Below are positions 49,025 to 61,230 of a stretch of DNA of 64,000 bases, one piece after another. Within the stretch, counting starts at the first letter, position 1. Every line of letters starts with the position of its first letter. The notes under the pieces were generated by a model. That model was not told the DNA's origin. It did not search any database and saw nothing but the letters and a program-made list of their open reading frames with translations. The DNA comes from Isurus oxyrinchus (taxonomy: Eukaryota). The translations under genes and the position numbers were made by a program. The stretch lies in assembly GCA_026770705.1 (NCBI GenBank), contig JANJGN010000002.1, positions 179,118,001 to 179,182,000 on the forward strand. The letters are read 5' to 3'.

Positions 49025-49784
49025 GTAAGTGGCTGGAAGTTCCCTCCTGCAGAAACTTGGACATTTGGAAATAATTTTTAAAAATTAAACTTTTACTTCT
49101 GGATGCTTATTTTTAGGCACTAATTTCAGAATGAATATGCTGATTTTAGTATTAACCTGAAACGAGCTGAAGAGTCAATACCGAGATGAATCACACAATG
49201 CAGGATCAGCGATATCAGAAGGATCATTGCCTTTGATTCTTTCTCCACAGAAGCTGCTTCACCTGCTGAGTATTTGCAGTGTTTATGTTGATACCTGAGA
49301 CATTTAATTGGGACAGGACCATTCTCAATCTACAGAAATTGGACCTTCCCAATTAAATTATTTTATTGCTCGATATTGCACTGTGTCCCAATTCCACAGC
49401 CAGTCAAAAGCTCATGTTTTTCACAACAGGAGTTGCTCAACAGAAGTTCCTCTAAGTTTGGCTTGAACTCAATATCAGCATTGCACACGCCTCAATCCCA
49501 GCATTAATGTACCACATGCCAAGTGATTGCGCCAAGAGAGCAAAGCAACGCTCATTTGCATAGATGTTTTAAGTTGTATCATCTTGTTAGAGGCACTAAG
49601 TTTTTTTGATTGAGTGGTGAGAGCTGAGGTTATATGACAGTGTGCAGAAGTAGCCACATGACTGTGAAAAAGCCAGTGAAATAATCAATGCCCCGTAGTT
49701 TTGGTTTGTTTCTGGAGGGCGGTAGGTGGGGTAGGGTTGGGGGGGTTCCTGGGTGGTGAGGGGGCTCCCAAAAATGAAGCTGAG

Positions 49785-51312
49785 CACAGGGCCCTACAAA
49801 AGATGAGGCTGAAGCATTTGCTACAATCTTCAGCCAGAAGTGCCGAGTGGATGATCCATCTCAGCCTCCTCTGGAGGTCCCCAGCATCACAGGTGCCAGT
49901 CTTCAGCCAATTCGATTCACTCCATGTGATATCAAGCAAGGCTGAAGGCACTGGATACTGCAAAGGCTATGGGCCCTGACAATATTCCGTCAATAGTACT
50001 GAAGACTTGTGCTCCAGAACTTGCTGCACCCCTAGCCAAGCTGCTGCAGTGCAGCTACAACATTTTCTTAACAATAACCTGCTCACTGACTCGCAGTTTG
50101 AGTTCCGCCAAGGTCGCTCAGCTTCTGGCCTCATCGCAGCCTTGGTTCAAACATGGACAAAAGATCTGAATGAGGTGACAGTGACTGCCCTTGACAGCAA
50201 GGCAGCATTTGACCGAGTGTGGCTTCAAGAAATCCTAGCAAAACTGGAGTTGGGGGAAAATTCTCCGCTGTTTGGAGTCATACCTAACACAAAGGAAGAT
50301 GTTTGTGGTTGTTGGAGGTCAATCATCTCAGTTCCAGGACATCACTGCAGGAGTTCCTCAGGGTAGTGTCCTAGGCCCAACCGTCTTCAGCTGCTTCATA
50401 GACCTTTCTTCTATCATAAGGTCAGAAGTGGGGATGTTCGCTGATGATTGCACAATGTTCAGCCCCATTCTCGACTCCTCAGGTACTGAAGCAGTCCATG
50501 TCCAAATGTAGCAAGACCTGGACAATATCCAGGCTTGGGCTGACAAGTGGCAAGAAACAAATGGCCATTTCCAACAAAACAGAATCTAACCATTGCCCCT
50601 TGACATTAAATGGTATTAGCATCACTGAATCCCCCACCATCAACATCCTGGGGGTTACCATTGACCAGAAACTGAACCGGACTAGCCATATAAATGCTGT
50701 GGCTGCAAGAACAGGTTAGAGGCTGTGAATCCTGTGGCAATGAGTAACTCACCTCCTGACTCCACAAAGCATGTCCACCATCTACAAGGCACAAGTAAGG
50801 AGTGTGATGGAATACTCCCCACTTGCCTGGACGAGTTCAGCTCCAACAGCACTGAAGAAGCTCGACACTATCCAGGACAAAGCAACCCGCTTGATTGGCA
50901 CCCCATCGACAAATATTCACTCTCCACCACCGACAATCAGTGGCAGCAGTGTGTACCATCTACAAGATGCACTGCAGAAACTCACCAAAGTTCCTTAGCC
51001 AGCACCTTCCAAACCTGTGACCACTACCATCTAGAAGGACAAAGGCAGCAGATACATGGGAACACCACGACCTGGAAGTTCCCCTCCAAGCCACTCACCA
51101 TCCTGACTTGGAAATATATTGCCGTTCCTTCACTGTCACTGGGTCAAAATCCTGGAACTCTCTCCCTAACAGCACGGTGGGTGTACCTACACCACAGGGA
51201 CTGTAGTGGTTCAAGAAGGCAGGTCATCACCACCTTCTGAAGGGCAATTAGGGATGGGCAATAGATGCTGGCCTTGCTAGTGACACCCACATCCCATGAA
51301 TGAATTTTAAAA
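49785..51312 (+). mobile_element. 5'-truncated, internally deleted copy of the 39125-45460 LINE family
   Basis: GPDNIPSIVLKTCAPELAAPLAKL, GVPQGSVLGP and MFADD, with the same tail GGGCAATAGATGCTGGCC..CATGAATGAAT. Confidence 0.88.
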
Positions 51313-51749
51313 AACTGTAAATCTGCCACTGTTTGTATGAAATTATTTTCCAGTTTTATAAAATCTACTCATGAAAGACTAATTGATGAGCTTTTAAAGA
51401 AATATTTTCTAATTCTCAACAAATGTATGCTTGAGTATTGCTGAACAAAACATTTTGTCAAAGCTTTTTGTCTTATACCTATCAGGACAGTTGCAAGACT
51501 ACCAATGTCAGGGGAAGCAGCAACTTTATCCTGTATGAGAAGAGAGTGCTGATTGGTTGGCAAGTGGACTCTGATTGGTAAAGGCATTTCCATGGTGAGT
51601 GCACCAGTTAATAATGACTGACACTTAACTGCTAAGCATTGTTTGAAATTTAAACCAGGCTTGATTGGTCAAGACATTGCCCTGAGGAAAGAACCAACGG
51701 ATGGCTATCACTTATTTTGTTTAGCTGAAACAGGTACAATGTGTGTACA

Positions 51750-53371
51750 AAACAAAAACAGAATTACCTGGAAAAACTCAGCAGGTCTGGCAGCATCGGC
51801 GGAGAAGAAAAGAGTTGACGTTTCGAGTCCTCATGACCCTTCGACAGAACTTGATTTCGAGTCCAAGAAAGAGTTGAAATATAAGCTGGTTTAAGGTGTG
51901 TGTGTGGGGGGCGGAGAGATAGAGAGAGAGGGGGGGGGAGGTGTGTGGTTGTGTGGACAAACAAGCAGTGATAGAAGCAGATCATCAAAAGATGTCAGCG
52001 ACAATGGTACAATAGAACACATAGGTGTTAAAGTTAAAGTTGGTGATATTATCTAAACGAATGTGCTAATTAAGAATGGATGGTAGGGCACTCAAGGTAC
52101 AGCTCTAGTGGGGGTGGAGGGAGCATAAAAGATTTTAAAATATTTAAAAATAATGGAAATAGGTGGGAAAAGAAAAATCTATATAATTTATTGGGAAAAA
52201 AAGGGGGGGAAACAGAAAGGGGATGGGGATGGGGGAGGGAGCTCACGACCTAAAGTTGTTGAATTCAATATTCAGTCCGGAAGGCTGTAAGGTGCCTAGT
52301 CGGAAGATGAGGTGTTGTTCCTCTAGATTGCGTTGGGCTTCACTGGAACAATGCAGCAAGCCAAGGACAGACATGTGGGCAAGAGAGCAGGGTGGAGTGT
52401 TAAAATGGCAAGCGACAGGGAGGTTTGGGTCATTCTTGCGGACAGACCGCAGGTGTTCTGCAAAGCGGTCGCCCAGTTTATGTTTGGTCTCTCCAATGTA
52501 GAGGAGACCACATTGGGAGCAATGAATGCAGTAGACTAAGTTGGGGGAAATGCAAGTGAAATGCTGCTTCACTTGAAAGGAGTGTTTGGGCCCTTGGACG
52601 GTGAGGAGAGAGGAAGTGAAGGGGCAGGTGTTACATCTTTTGCGTGGGCATGGGGAGGTGCCATAGGAGGGGGTTGCCATTTTAACACTCCACCCTGCTC
52701 TCTTGCCCACATGTCTGTCCTTGGCTTGCTGCATTGTTCCAGTGAAGCCCAACGCAAACTGGAGGAACAACACCTCATCTTCCGACTAGGCACCTTACAG
52801 CCTTCCGGACTGAATATTGAATTCAACAACTTTAGGTCTTGAGCTCCCTCCCCCATCCCCACCCCCTTTCTGTTTCCCCCCCTTTTTTTTCCCAATAAAT
52901 TATATAGATTTTTCTTTTCCCACCTATTTCCATTATTTTTAAATATTTTAAAATCTTTTATGCTCCCTCCACCCCCACTAGAGCTGTACCTTGAGTGCCC
53001 TACCATCCATTCTTAATTAGCACATTCGTTTAGATAATATCACCAACTTTAACTTTAACACCTATGTGTTCTATTGTACCATTGTCGCTGACATCTTTTG
53101 ATGATCTGCTTCTATCACTGCTTGTTTGTCCACACAACCACACACCTCCCCCCCCCTCTCTCTCTATCTCTCCGCCCCCCCACACACACACCTTAAACCA
53201 GCTTATATTTCAACTCTTTCTTGGACTCGAAATCAAGTTCTGTCGAAGGGTCATGAGGACTCGAAACGTCAACTCTTTTTTTCTCCGCCGATGCTGCCAG
53301 ACCTGCTGAGTTTTTCCAGGTAATTCTGTTTTTGTTTTGGATTTCCAGCATCCGCAGTTTTTTTGTTTTTA
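51750..53371. mobile_element. Penelope family-1 tail-out inverted duplication with 14-bp TSD
   Basis: Reverse arm 51750-52676 and forward arm 52674-53371 share a TTG microhomology. ACAATGTGTGTACA occurs at 51736-51749 and 53372-53385. Confidence 0.95.
53236..53274 (+). ncRNA. minimal hammerhead-like motif in Penelope family-1 terminal repeat (variant core CUGUCGA)
   Basis: AGTT-CTGTCGA-A-GGGTC-ATGAG-GACTC-GAAAC-GTC-AACT: stem I AGTT/AACT, stem II GGGTC/GACTC, GAAAC core and GTC triplet. Repeated in the other copies. Confidence 0.7.
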
Positions 53372-54442
53372 ACAATGTGTGTACATGTTCTTTCTGTCTG
53401 CAAAGAACAGGGCCATGTGTAGTAATGTATGTGGCAGATGTGCCTCACTTAAATTTGTTGTCAGTGTAATTTTTAGCACATTGAGGATTATTTAGTAAAT
53501 GTTGTCCAATTGTGGAATCACATCTAATGCTGGACACTGACAAAGGGAAGGGAATGGGGAGCAGACCTTGTAGAGAGCTCTTCCAGGCGGAATCAGAAAT
53601 GTGGATGAATAGGGAAGAATAACATGAGTAGACCATGTGGCCCCTCAAGTTTTGTCCTCCATGCACCCGGATCAGGAAATTTCTTGTAACTGATCCCAGA
53701 TTACTACTTGCCCTCTGTAGCCCATATCCCTTGCTATGTTTATCATCATGAAGTCCACTCAATGACAGTGCCTCAACTGCCCTGTGGGGTGTGGAATGCC
53801 AACCACTCACCACTCTCCAATTGCAGAGATTCCTACAAATCTCAGTCCTAGATGTTCCTAGTCTTAATGCGAGATTGTGATCCGTCATTATGGATATCCC
53901 AGCCAAAATAAACATCATTCCTGCATATACTCTGCAGAGCCCTGTAAGAGATTTTGATGCTTCACATGGATAACCTCTCATTTCTCCGCATGGTCCAGCA
54001 CACAGGCCATGGGCCCTCATAGGATTGTACCCCAGTCCTTAAATGATGTCCAGTGCACTTTGTTTGCCATTTGTTCATGTGAGGATTAATCCTACCCTTG
54101 AAAAGGAGACGAGCAGGCCAAACAGCTCTCCATGTAGGGTCCCACAAAGGTTGCAGTCAACAGCACACAAGCCTCTTTAATCCTACATTCAATCCTACTG
54201 GCAGCCAAGGCCATTTTGCTCATTGCCTCCTTACTTGATGTCTTCACCAGCATGTTAGACCAATGTTACATTTGAACAAGGACATCCAGGAACAATGTGC
54301 ACACCTCATCAATGTCCTAATATCCAGTGAAGCCTCTGGTTTTCTATTGTTCAGACCACAGTGGAGAGCTACATTCTTTTAATTCTCAAAGTGCAGCTAC
54401 AGTCTCCCTTGACACTCAACATAGCCTGTTTAACTCTTTTGA

Positions 54443-55227
54443 CAGGACGAATAGAGGAGCTGAATATTATTTAGATGGAGAAAGACTGCAGAAAGCTGCA
54501 GCACAGAGGGATTTGGGGGTCCTCGTGCATGAACACCAAAAAGCTAGCAAACAGGTTCAACAGGTAATAGGAAGGCAAATGGAATGTCGGCCTTTATTTC
54601 AAAGGGAATGGAGTATAAAAATAGGGAAGTCTTGCTAAAACTATACAAGGCACTAGTTAGACTATGCCTAGAATATTGTGAATAGTTTTGGTCACCTTAT
54701 CTAAGGAAAGATATACTGGTGTTGGAGGCAGTCCACAGAAGGTTCACTTGGTTGATCCCAGGAATGGAGGGATTTTCTTATGAGGAGCGGTTGAATATGT
54801 TGGGCCTGTTCTCATTGGAGTTTAGAAGAATGAGAGGCGACCTTATTGAAACATATAAGATTCTTAGGGGGCTTAACAGAGTAGATGCTGAGAGGTTGTT
54901 TCCCCTTGTGGGAGAGTCTAGGACAGAGGGCATAATCTCAGAGTAAGGGATCACCCATTTAAGACGGAGATGAGGAGGAATTTCTTCTGTCAGAGGGCAG
55001 TCAATCTGTGGAATTCTTTACCGCAGAGGGCTGTACAGGCTGGGTTGTTAAGTATATTCAAGGCTGAGACAGACAGGTTTTTAATCAATAAGGGAATCAA
55101 AGGTTATAGGGAAAAGGCAAGAAAGTGGAGTTGAGGATTATCAGATCAGCCATGATCTCATTGAATGGCGGAGCAGACTCGATGGGCTGAATGGCCTACT
55201 CCTGCTCCTACGTCTTATGGTCTTATG
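54443..55227 (+). mobile_element. CR1 LINE 3' fragment with TCTTATGG tail
   Basis: QRDLGVLVHE, LEAVHRRFT..SYEERL..LGLFSLEFRRMRGDLIETYKIL. Confidence 0.9.
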
Positions 55228-55839
55228 GGGCAGAATTTTTAGGTCGGCAAGCAGGGGGGGGCGGGTCTTGCTCGCCAACGCCCGACGTCGTCGCACGTTA
55301 TTTAGATTGTCAGTTTGGCGGGCGCACAGCCGATAAGGCCTGTTAAAAAGTAGTTAATGTAATTAACTGAGCTGCCTTAAGGTTGGCGGCACGTGAAAAG
55401 CCCAGGTAGCCTTCACATTTTTCATGAAACGTCATCCAGGCAGGATGAGGTTTCATGAAGGGTTTATTATTTAAATAAAAATTTTTGAAATAAATAATGG
55501 ACATTTCCCAGCTCATGTGACAGTGTCACATGAGGTGATAAGTTCTTAAATTTTTTTCCCACCTTTATTCAAATTTCCATAACTTAAACAAATCTCCCTG
55601 AGGCATGGATCTCTGCGCTCTTTTGCACGCATGCGCTTAGGGAACGCCCCCCCCCCCCCCCCCCCACCCCACCTGCACAGGGAGTGCTCAGCGCTTCTGG
55701 GCGCGTGTCACGCTGGGCGGGCCTTAGTTGGCCTGCCCACGTAAAGTGGCGGTACGGCCCTGATCAGGGGCGCCAACTGGGTTTGGGCCTGCCCCTGTCT
55801 GCCCCCACACAACCCCTTAACAGGGGGAAATTTCTGCCC
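55228..55839. mobile_element. PIF/Harbinger-type MITE with 3-bp TSD (ATG)
   Basis: TIRs GGGCAGAATTT...AAATTTCTGCCC; ATG at 55225-55227 and 55840-55842. Confidence 0.85.
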
Positions 55840-57839
55840 ATGGTATTACACATAATGAGCTGAACACAGTGAGATTGCCCGTGGCCAGCCATCTCGCCCC
55901 CTAGTGGAAGTCACTCTCATTTCTGCTCCTACCAGCCAATTTACACTCTAAAATGGAAAATACCACTCAGTGTTTCAGACCAATGTCCTTTCATCAGAAC
56001 ATGGTCATTAACTGGAAACATTAACTGGTTTCTCTCCACAGATGCCACCTGACTGCTGTGTTTTTCCAACATTCCTTCTTCATTTTCAGATTTCCAACAA
56101 GTACAGTATTTTGCTTTTGCACCGTTGAAGATTAACCAGAGGACAATTTTTTTGAGGAAGTTGGTTTTATTGTATGGACATTTTTTTTTAAAAGGGTGGA
56201 GAGAATATATCTCTTTCTCAGGTAATGTTTTTATTTCATCCTCAAACCAAGACCTAAATATACAGTGGTACAGCTTCATCTGTGTATTAATTATCTGGAA
56301 GGGAACTTTGACCACTTTATGCTTGGAATTTAGCTCTTTATTTCTACCATACTGGACTGAATTACAGCACTGCAGGCTGGCTGCTAGTTAACACCTCATT
56401 TCAATCTGCACTGTGGGATTTGTTAATTTGCCCTTTGGAGAGCTATATACTGCTCGGATTGCAAAACTAGGAGCATAGACCAAAGCTTGATGTTGATTGC
56501 GCAATTAAATGACCCCAGTCTGAGCTATCAACAATATCAATCACATGAGCAGTACGTTCGTTTTCCCACACAAAGAATGTTTTAAAAGTGCCAATATCTG
56601 CCAGTATCATACTTCCAGTATTTATGGACTCAGCTCGCAAGTGCAGTGATCATTTTATTTTTGCAGGAACGCAGTGTTGCCGTTGGCTATTTAGCCATAC
56701 ATAAAATTAAGTATTTTGTTTTTCTTTTTGTTCCTCAGAATTTTTTGTTCTCCAATTTGTATGACGGCTTTTAACCTATTATCTTTATTATTGGAATGGA
56801 CACTTATGGCTTGAATTCGTAGGAAATTGCTGTGATGAAATTCACTAATTTGAGATGGTATCTCGCCCTTGACAGTATTCATAATCATTTGTTTTCAATA
56901 AACACAAATTTATTTTGCTTGTAGCTGTCATATGCAGATCCCACCGCAATGTACGATTGTTCAAGATTGAGTCAAATTTCTTAAGTCAGTCAGATAATTC
57001 AACCTTCAATTGCAGTTATCCAAATAGTTTAAAGATATAATCATAAATATTTTGAACCTTGTTTTTAAGTGGCTGGTTAAAACAGAGGAGCGTTGCTGTT
57101 CATTGAGTTGTCTCCAGAATTTCGGCTCATTTCTTCACTGAGCAGAAACTTGGCACTGGATGTGAAACTCTGAAGATGTGCTTCAAGCCAAACAGCGACT
57201 GACAACAAAGGGAAAAATATACAAGAATGTTGAGGATGGTTAATGATACCACTTCATCTGTTGTCCTCAATCAGTATTATTAGAGCTGTATAATTAGGCC
57301 TGGGGTATCAGATTGTGGTTGACGCACTGTTTCAGTATGAGCGAAATTTCAAAAAATAGCTAGTGGGGGAAAAACACAATCATTTTGATGAGACTGCCAA
57401 TATCATTCCAGCAGATGATATTGTGACAAGCGCAAAATGGTTCATAAATAAATGGTCAGTTTGTAACTGAGTTTACTGAAGCTTCAAGCCATCATATATC
57501 ATGACCTTGTGTTGTAATCTAATCATGTTATCCCCAAAGAATTAATGTGTGGAACATTGTTTCTGTGGCCAGAAAATGTCCCTCGTCGGATGGGTTCGGT
57601 GGGAGCAGTTAGGGGCGGTCGGGAAGTCGACCGCCGCCCGCGATCGGCTCCGCACCACTATTTTAGGCGGGTGGGCCAATTAAGGCTGGCCTAGTGTAAG
57701 ACACGAACAGCGGCAACAGCAAGAAAGGGTGGGCAGGGGCGGGAGCTAAATGTCCGCTGGGTTCAATGGTGACCCGGCGCTGATTCAAAAGCAGCCACGG
57801 CAGCCATTCGAAGGCTGACAGTGAAGCGCTTGCACCTAT

Positions 57840-59679
57840 GATGGAGATCGTAATGACTGAACACGGCAGGTGGGAGGGCAGGTCTGTGGAGCAATGGAGC
57901 ATTTTTCTGATGAATATCTCACTGCCTTCCTGGAGGAGGTGGCAGAGTGATCCTTGTCCCCAGGCTTGGGGGGAGGAAGCCCTCTGACCTCACCAAAGAT
58001 GCATGGGAGGAGGTGGCATCCAGGATGAGCTCTCATGATGTGGTGAGGCACACATGGGTCGTAAGCGCTTCAATGATCTCCTGTGATCAGGAAGGATGAG
58101 TATCTTGTTGGCATGGGTCACTTTGCACAGCAGTTAGGAACTGCCCACCCCACCCCCACCCCACCAACCCTCCTCCCTGGACCTCAGAGGTCTTAGGGTG
58201 TGAGTGGAAAATATCAATGAGTAGCATCTGGGCAAGGAGGTGAGCCCTGGCTGCTGGGAATGAGTGTCTTGCGGCTCCAGGGTCATGAATCGGCTGAGCC
58301 CTGTGCAGATGGGGTTGGCCAGGCTGCAATGGCAATGCAGGTACAGGGTGGACTAATAAATGCTCCTCTGTCCTTTCAGGAGAAGACATCCCATAACAAT
58401 ACCAAGAGGTTGCGGACTGGCGGTGGAGCAGCCCACCTACTCATCCTCACTTGATATGAGCAGGAGGCCCTGAATCTGGAGAGGCGCCATGCGCCAAGGT
58501 CAACCGGTTGTGGTGAGGTTGGGGTGCCACAGGGAGATAAGAGTGCAGTGCGCTGAGGTCAGAATATTTATAATAGCAACCATTCCACTGTTGTCTCTAT
58601 ATTGATGTGAGCCTCAAATATGAAATCCCCATTGATAATGGAAAGATGAGGGCATCCTGAGCCGGGTGCCAGGCATGCACAGTAACAGTGTAATGACTTC
58701 AACTAATGACATGTTCTTGTTCTTCCTTTCAGGCTCACCAGCAGCCCATCGGGGTGAGGAGCCTGAAGGCCCACCACTGACCCCAGAGGACAGAAAACAT
58801 CACAATGCACCTACATCACACCCTCTCAGCCAGGCATGTGCCAGCGCAGATACCAGTACCTTGGTGGGCATTACATTGGTGGCTAGTATCTTGGTGCACA
58901 ATAGTGAGGGTACTTCACACGCTTGAGGTGCAGGCAGAGGCAGAGAGAGCCCAGGGCGTCGCAGTCAGAAGAATGCTGGGGACCAGGAACATGCTCAGTC
59001 GGTGGCTGATGATGAGCCTCTGGAGTCGTCTCTGAGATAGCAGATACTGGAAGTCCAGCAGGGTGTGCGGGAGGATCTGGCGGAGATACATGAGACAATG
59101 TGTGCCATGGTTTCTGTTGTGGAGGAGTCCATGTGGAGCGTGAGCAATGCAATGACCCTCATGGCCGAGCACAATGCCTCCTCCATGGAGAGGGTGGCGA
59201 CTCTCAAGGAGAGCCTCCTCCAGGACCTGAATCATGGCTTCCTGGGAATGCGCTCGGACCTGCAAGCTCTCACACTGGCAATGACCTCAGGTGGTATTGT
59301 CAGTGTGGGAGGTGGATTGGGCACCCAGCATTCCAGTTAGGTGCCCATCCATCAATGGTGAGCAGGGAGGTCCAAAGCAACCTCATGTTGGCCCACCAGC
59401 TGCCTGTTGTCTCTTTGGGCTCCTCTCAGGGCCCTCCAGATGATGGCAGCAGCTCCTTTGTCTCTGCCAGTGACAGTGGCATCCATTGAGGCTGCGGTGA
59501 CTGGGGAGATGCCAGCTATGGCACTGGCTGCTCCCTCCCAATCGGGCCCAACACAGGCTTTACAGGCCAGAGGATGCCCGCCAAGGTCATCAAGGCCAAC
59601 AGGACAGCACAGTGAACAGGCTGTCTCCAATGTCAGTGCCAGCGAGGGTGGAGCACCGAGACATAGCATCCTCAAGTGA
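57840..59679 (+). pseudogene. Harbinger Myb/SANT-like DNA-binding protein, multi-exon, disrupted
   Basis: FSDEYLTAFLEEV, KDAWEEVASRMSS..RKRFNDLL, then after an acceptor EKTSHNNTKRLRTGGG. Contains in-frame stops. Confidence 0.75.
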
Positions 59680-60003
59680 AAACTTAAGCACAACACGGGC
59701 TTATCACTGGTGATAGTTTTTTTCCCCCATTTTTACGTTAAATGTTAATTGGTGTGATGGATAACACCTATCAATTTCATTTGTATTATGTATTCTATAA
59801 TGTGTTTCTGTTCAACAAGCCTCTGGGTGCTTCATTAGTTCTGCAGGTGCAGGGTAACCCATGATGTTATGAGTGACTTGTTTGTCATTGAACTTGACTG
59901 AAATGGCACATGGTACATGTTGTTCACCAAGCAAATGATCCTGTCAGATATCGAGCATGGAGACTGCAGCCCTGGCGTGTGGTGGTGGTTCTTATTTGGT
60001 GGG

Positions 60004-61230
60004 CTAGCTGAAGGAGCATTGGATCAAAGCATCCCAGGATTCCATGCCCCCCTGGGGGATGCCCAGGTCACTGTCTATCCCCTCAGCATTCTCCTGACCA
60101 TGCTCGTCCTCGGACTCACTACTGGACTCATCGTCTGCTGCCAGAGCAGCTGCATCAACATTTTCTTCCTTCACTGCGTCCCCCCCTTTCCAGTGCCAGA
60201 TTGTACAGAACACAGCGTGCAACCACCATCAGTGACACACGATCTGTGGGTACTGGAGTGCTCCCCCTGAATGGTCCAGGCATCGGAAGCACATCTTGAG
60301 AAGACCTAAGGCCCTCCACCACAGCCCTTGTGGAGGCATGTCTCCTATTGTACCGCTGCTCAGCCTCTGTTCTTGGATGGCGGAGAGGCGGCATGAACCA
60401 CCTTTTGAGTGGATAGCCCTTGTCACCCAACAGCCATCCATCCAGCCGGGCTGGAGCACTGAATATCCTCGGCACCTGGGAGTGTCTGAGGATGTAGGCA
60501 TCATGGGAGCTGCCTGGGTACCTTGCACTGACTTGAAAATCAGCATCCTGTGATCACACACTATCTGCACGTTCATGACGAGGAAGCCCTTCCTGTTGAT
60601 GAAGGCCCCGGGCTCACCTGCTGGCCATATGTGTGCAGTCTATTGCACCCTGGACGCGGGGGAAGCTAACAATGGCCGCAAACCCTCTGGCTTGCTCTGC
60701 CTGGCTGGCCTCGTCCGTGCGGTAGTAGATGAAAGTCAATGCACACTTGAACAGAGTGTCTGTCAACAGCTTGACACAACTGTGGACAGCTGACTGGGAG
60801 ACTCTGCAAAGGTCACCCACGCCAACCCCTGGAAAGAGCTGGAGGCATAGAAGTTGAGGGCAGCCATGACCTTCAGAGCCACTGGCATGGGGTGTCCACC
60901 CACACTGAGCTGACCTCAGGGCCTATCATCTGACAGATGGAGATCACTGTGTCCCTTAAGAGGCGGAGCCTCATTCGGCACAGCACCTGAGACTTATTGA
61001 TGTAGCTGCATCACTGCCTGTAAACACTGGCAGCAGGAAAGTGGCATCTTCTGCGATCCCTTCCGCCTTGGATTCCCTGTTGGTCCTGCGTCCCTTGTTC
61101 CTGCGCCTGCCCTCCCACAGGTCACTCCCCTGGAAGCTGCATTGGGACACCTAGCCTCCTCTCCCTTCTGGCCCTCTCTTCCTCCTCAGAGGAGGTGATC
61201 CAGCGGAGAGCACAACCCCAATTCCCAGGG
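60004..61230 (-). pseudogene. Harbinger (HARBI1-like) DDE transposase, frameshifted
   Basis: [63 protein letters not shown] and LKMCFRCLD. Confidence 0.9.

Larger units (their letters stand above)
51430..53540 (-). mobile_element. PLE family-2 3' fragment split by a family-1 insertion
   Basis: Terminal repeat at 51430-51749 and GIY-YIG C-terminal remnant (DSTIGQHLLNNPQCAKNY) at 53386-53540. Confidence 0.75.
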
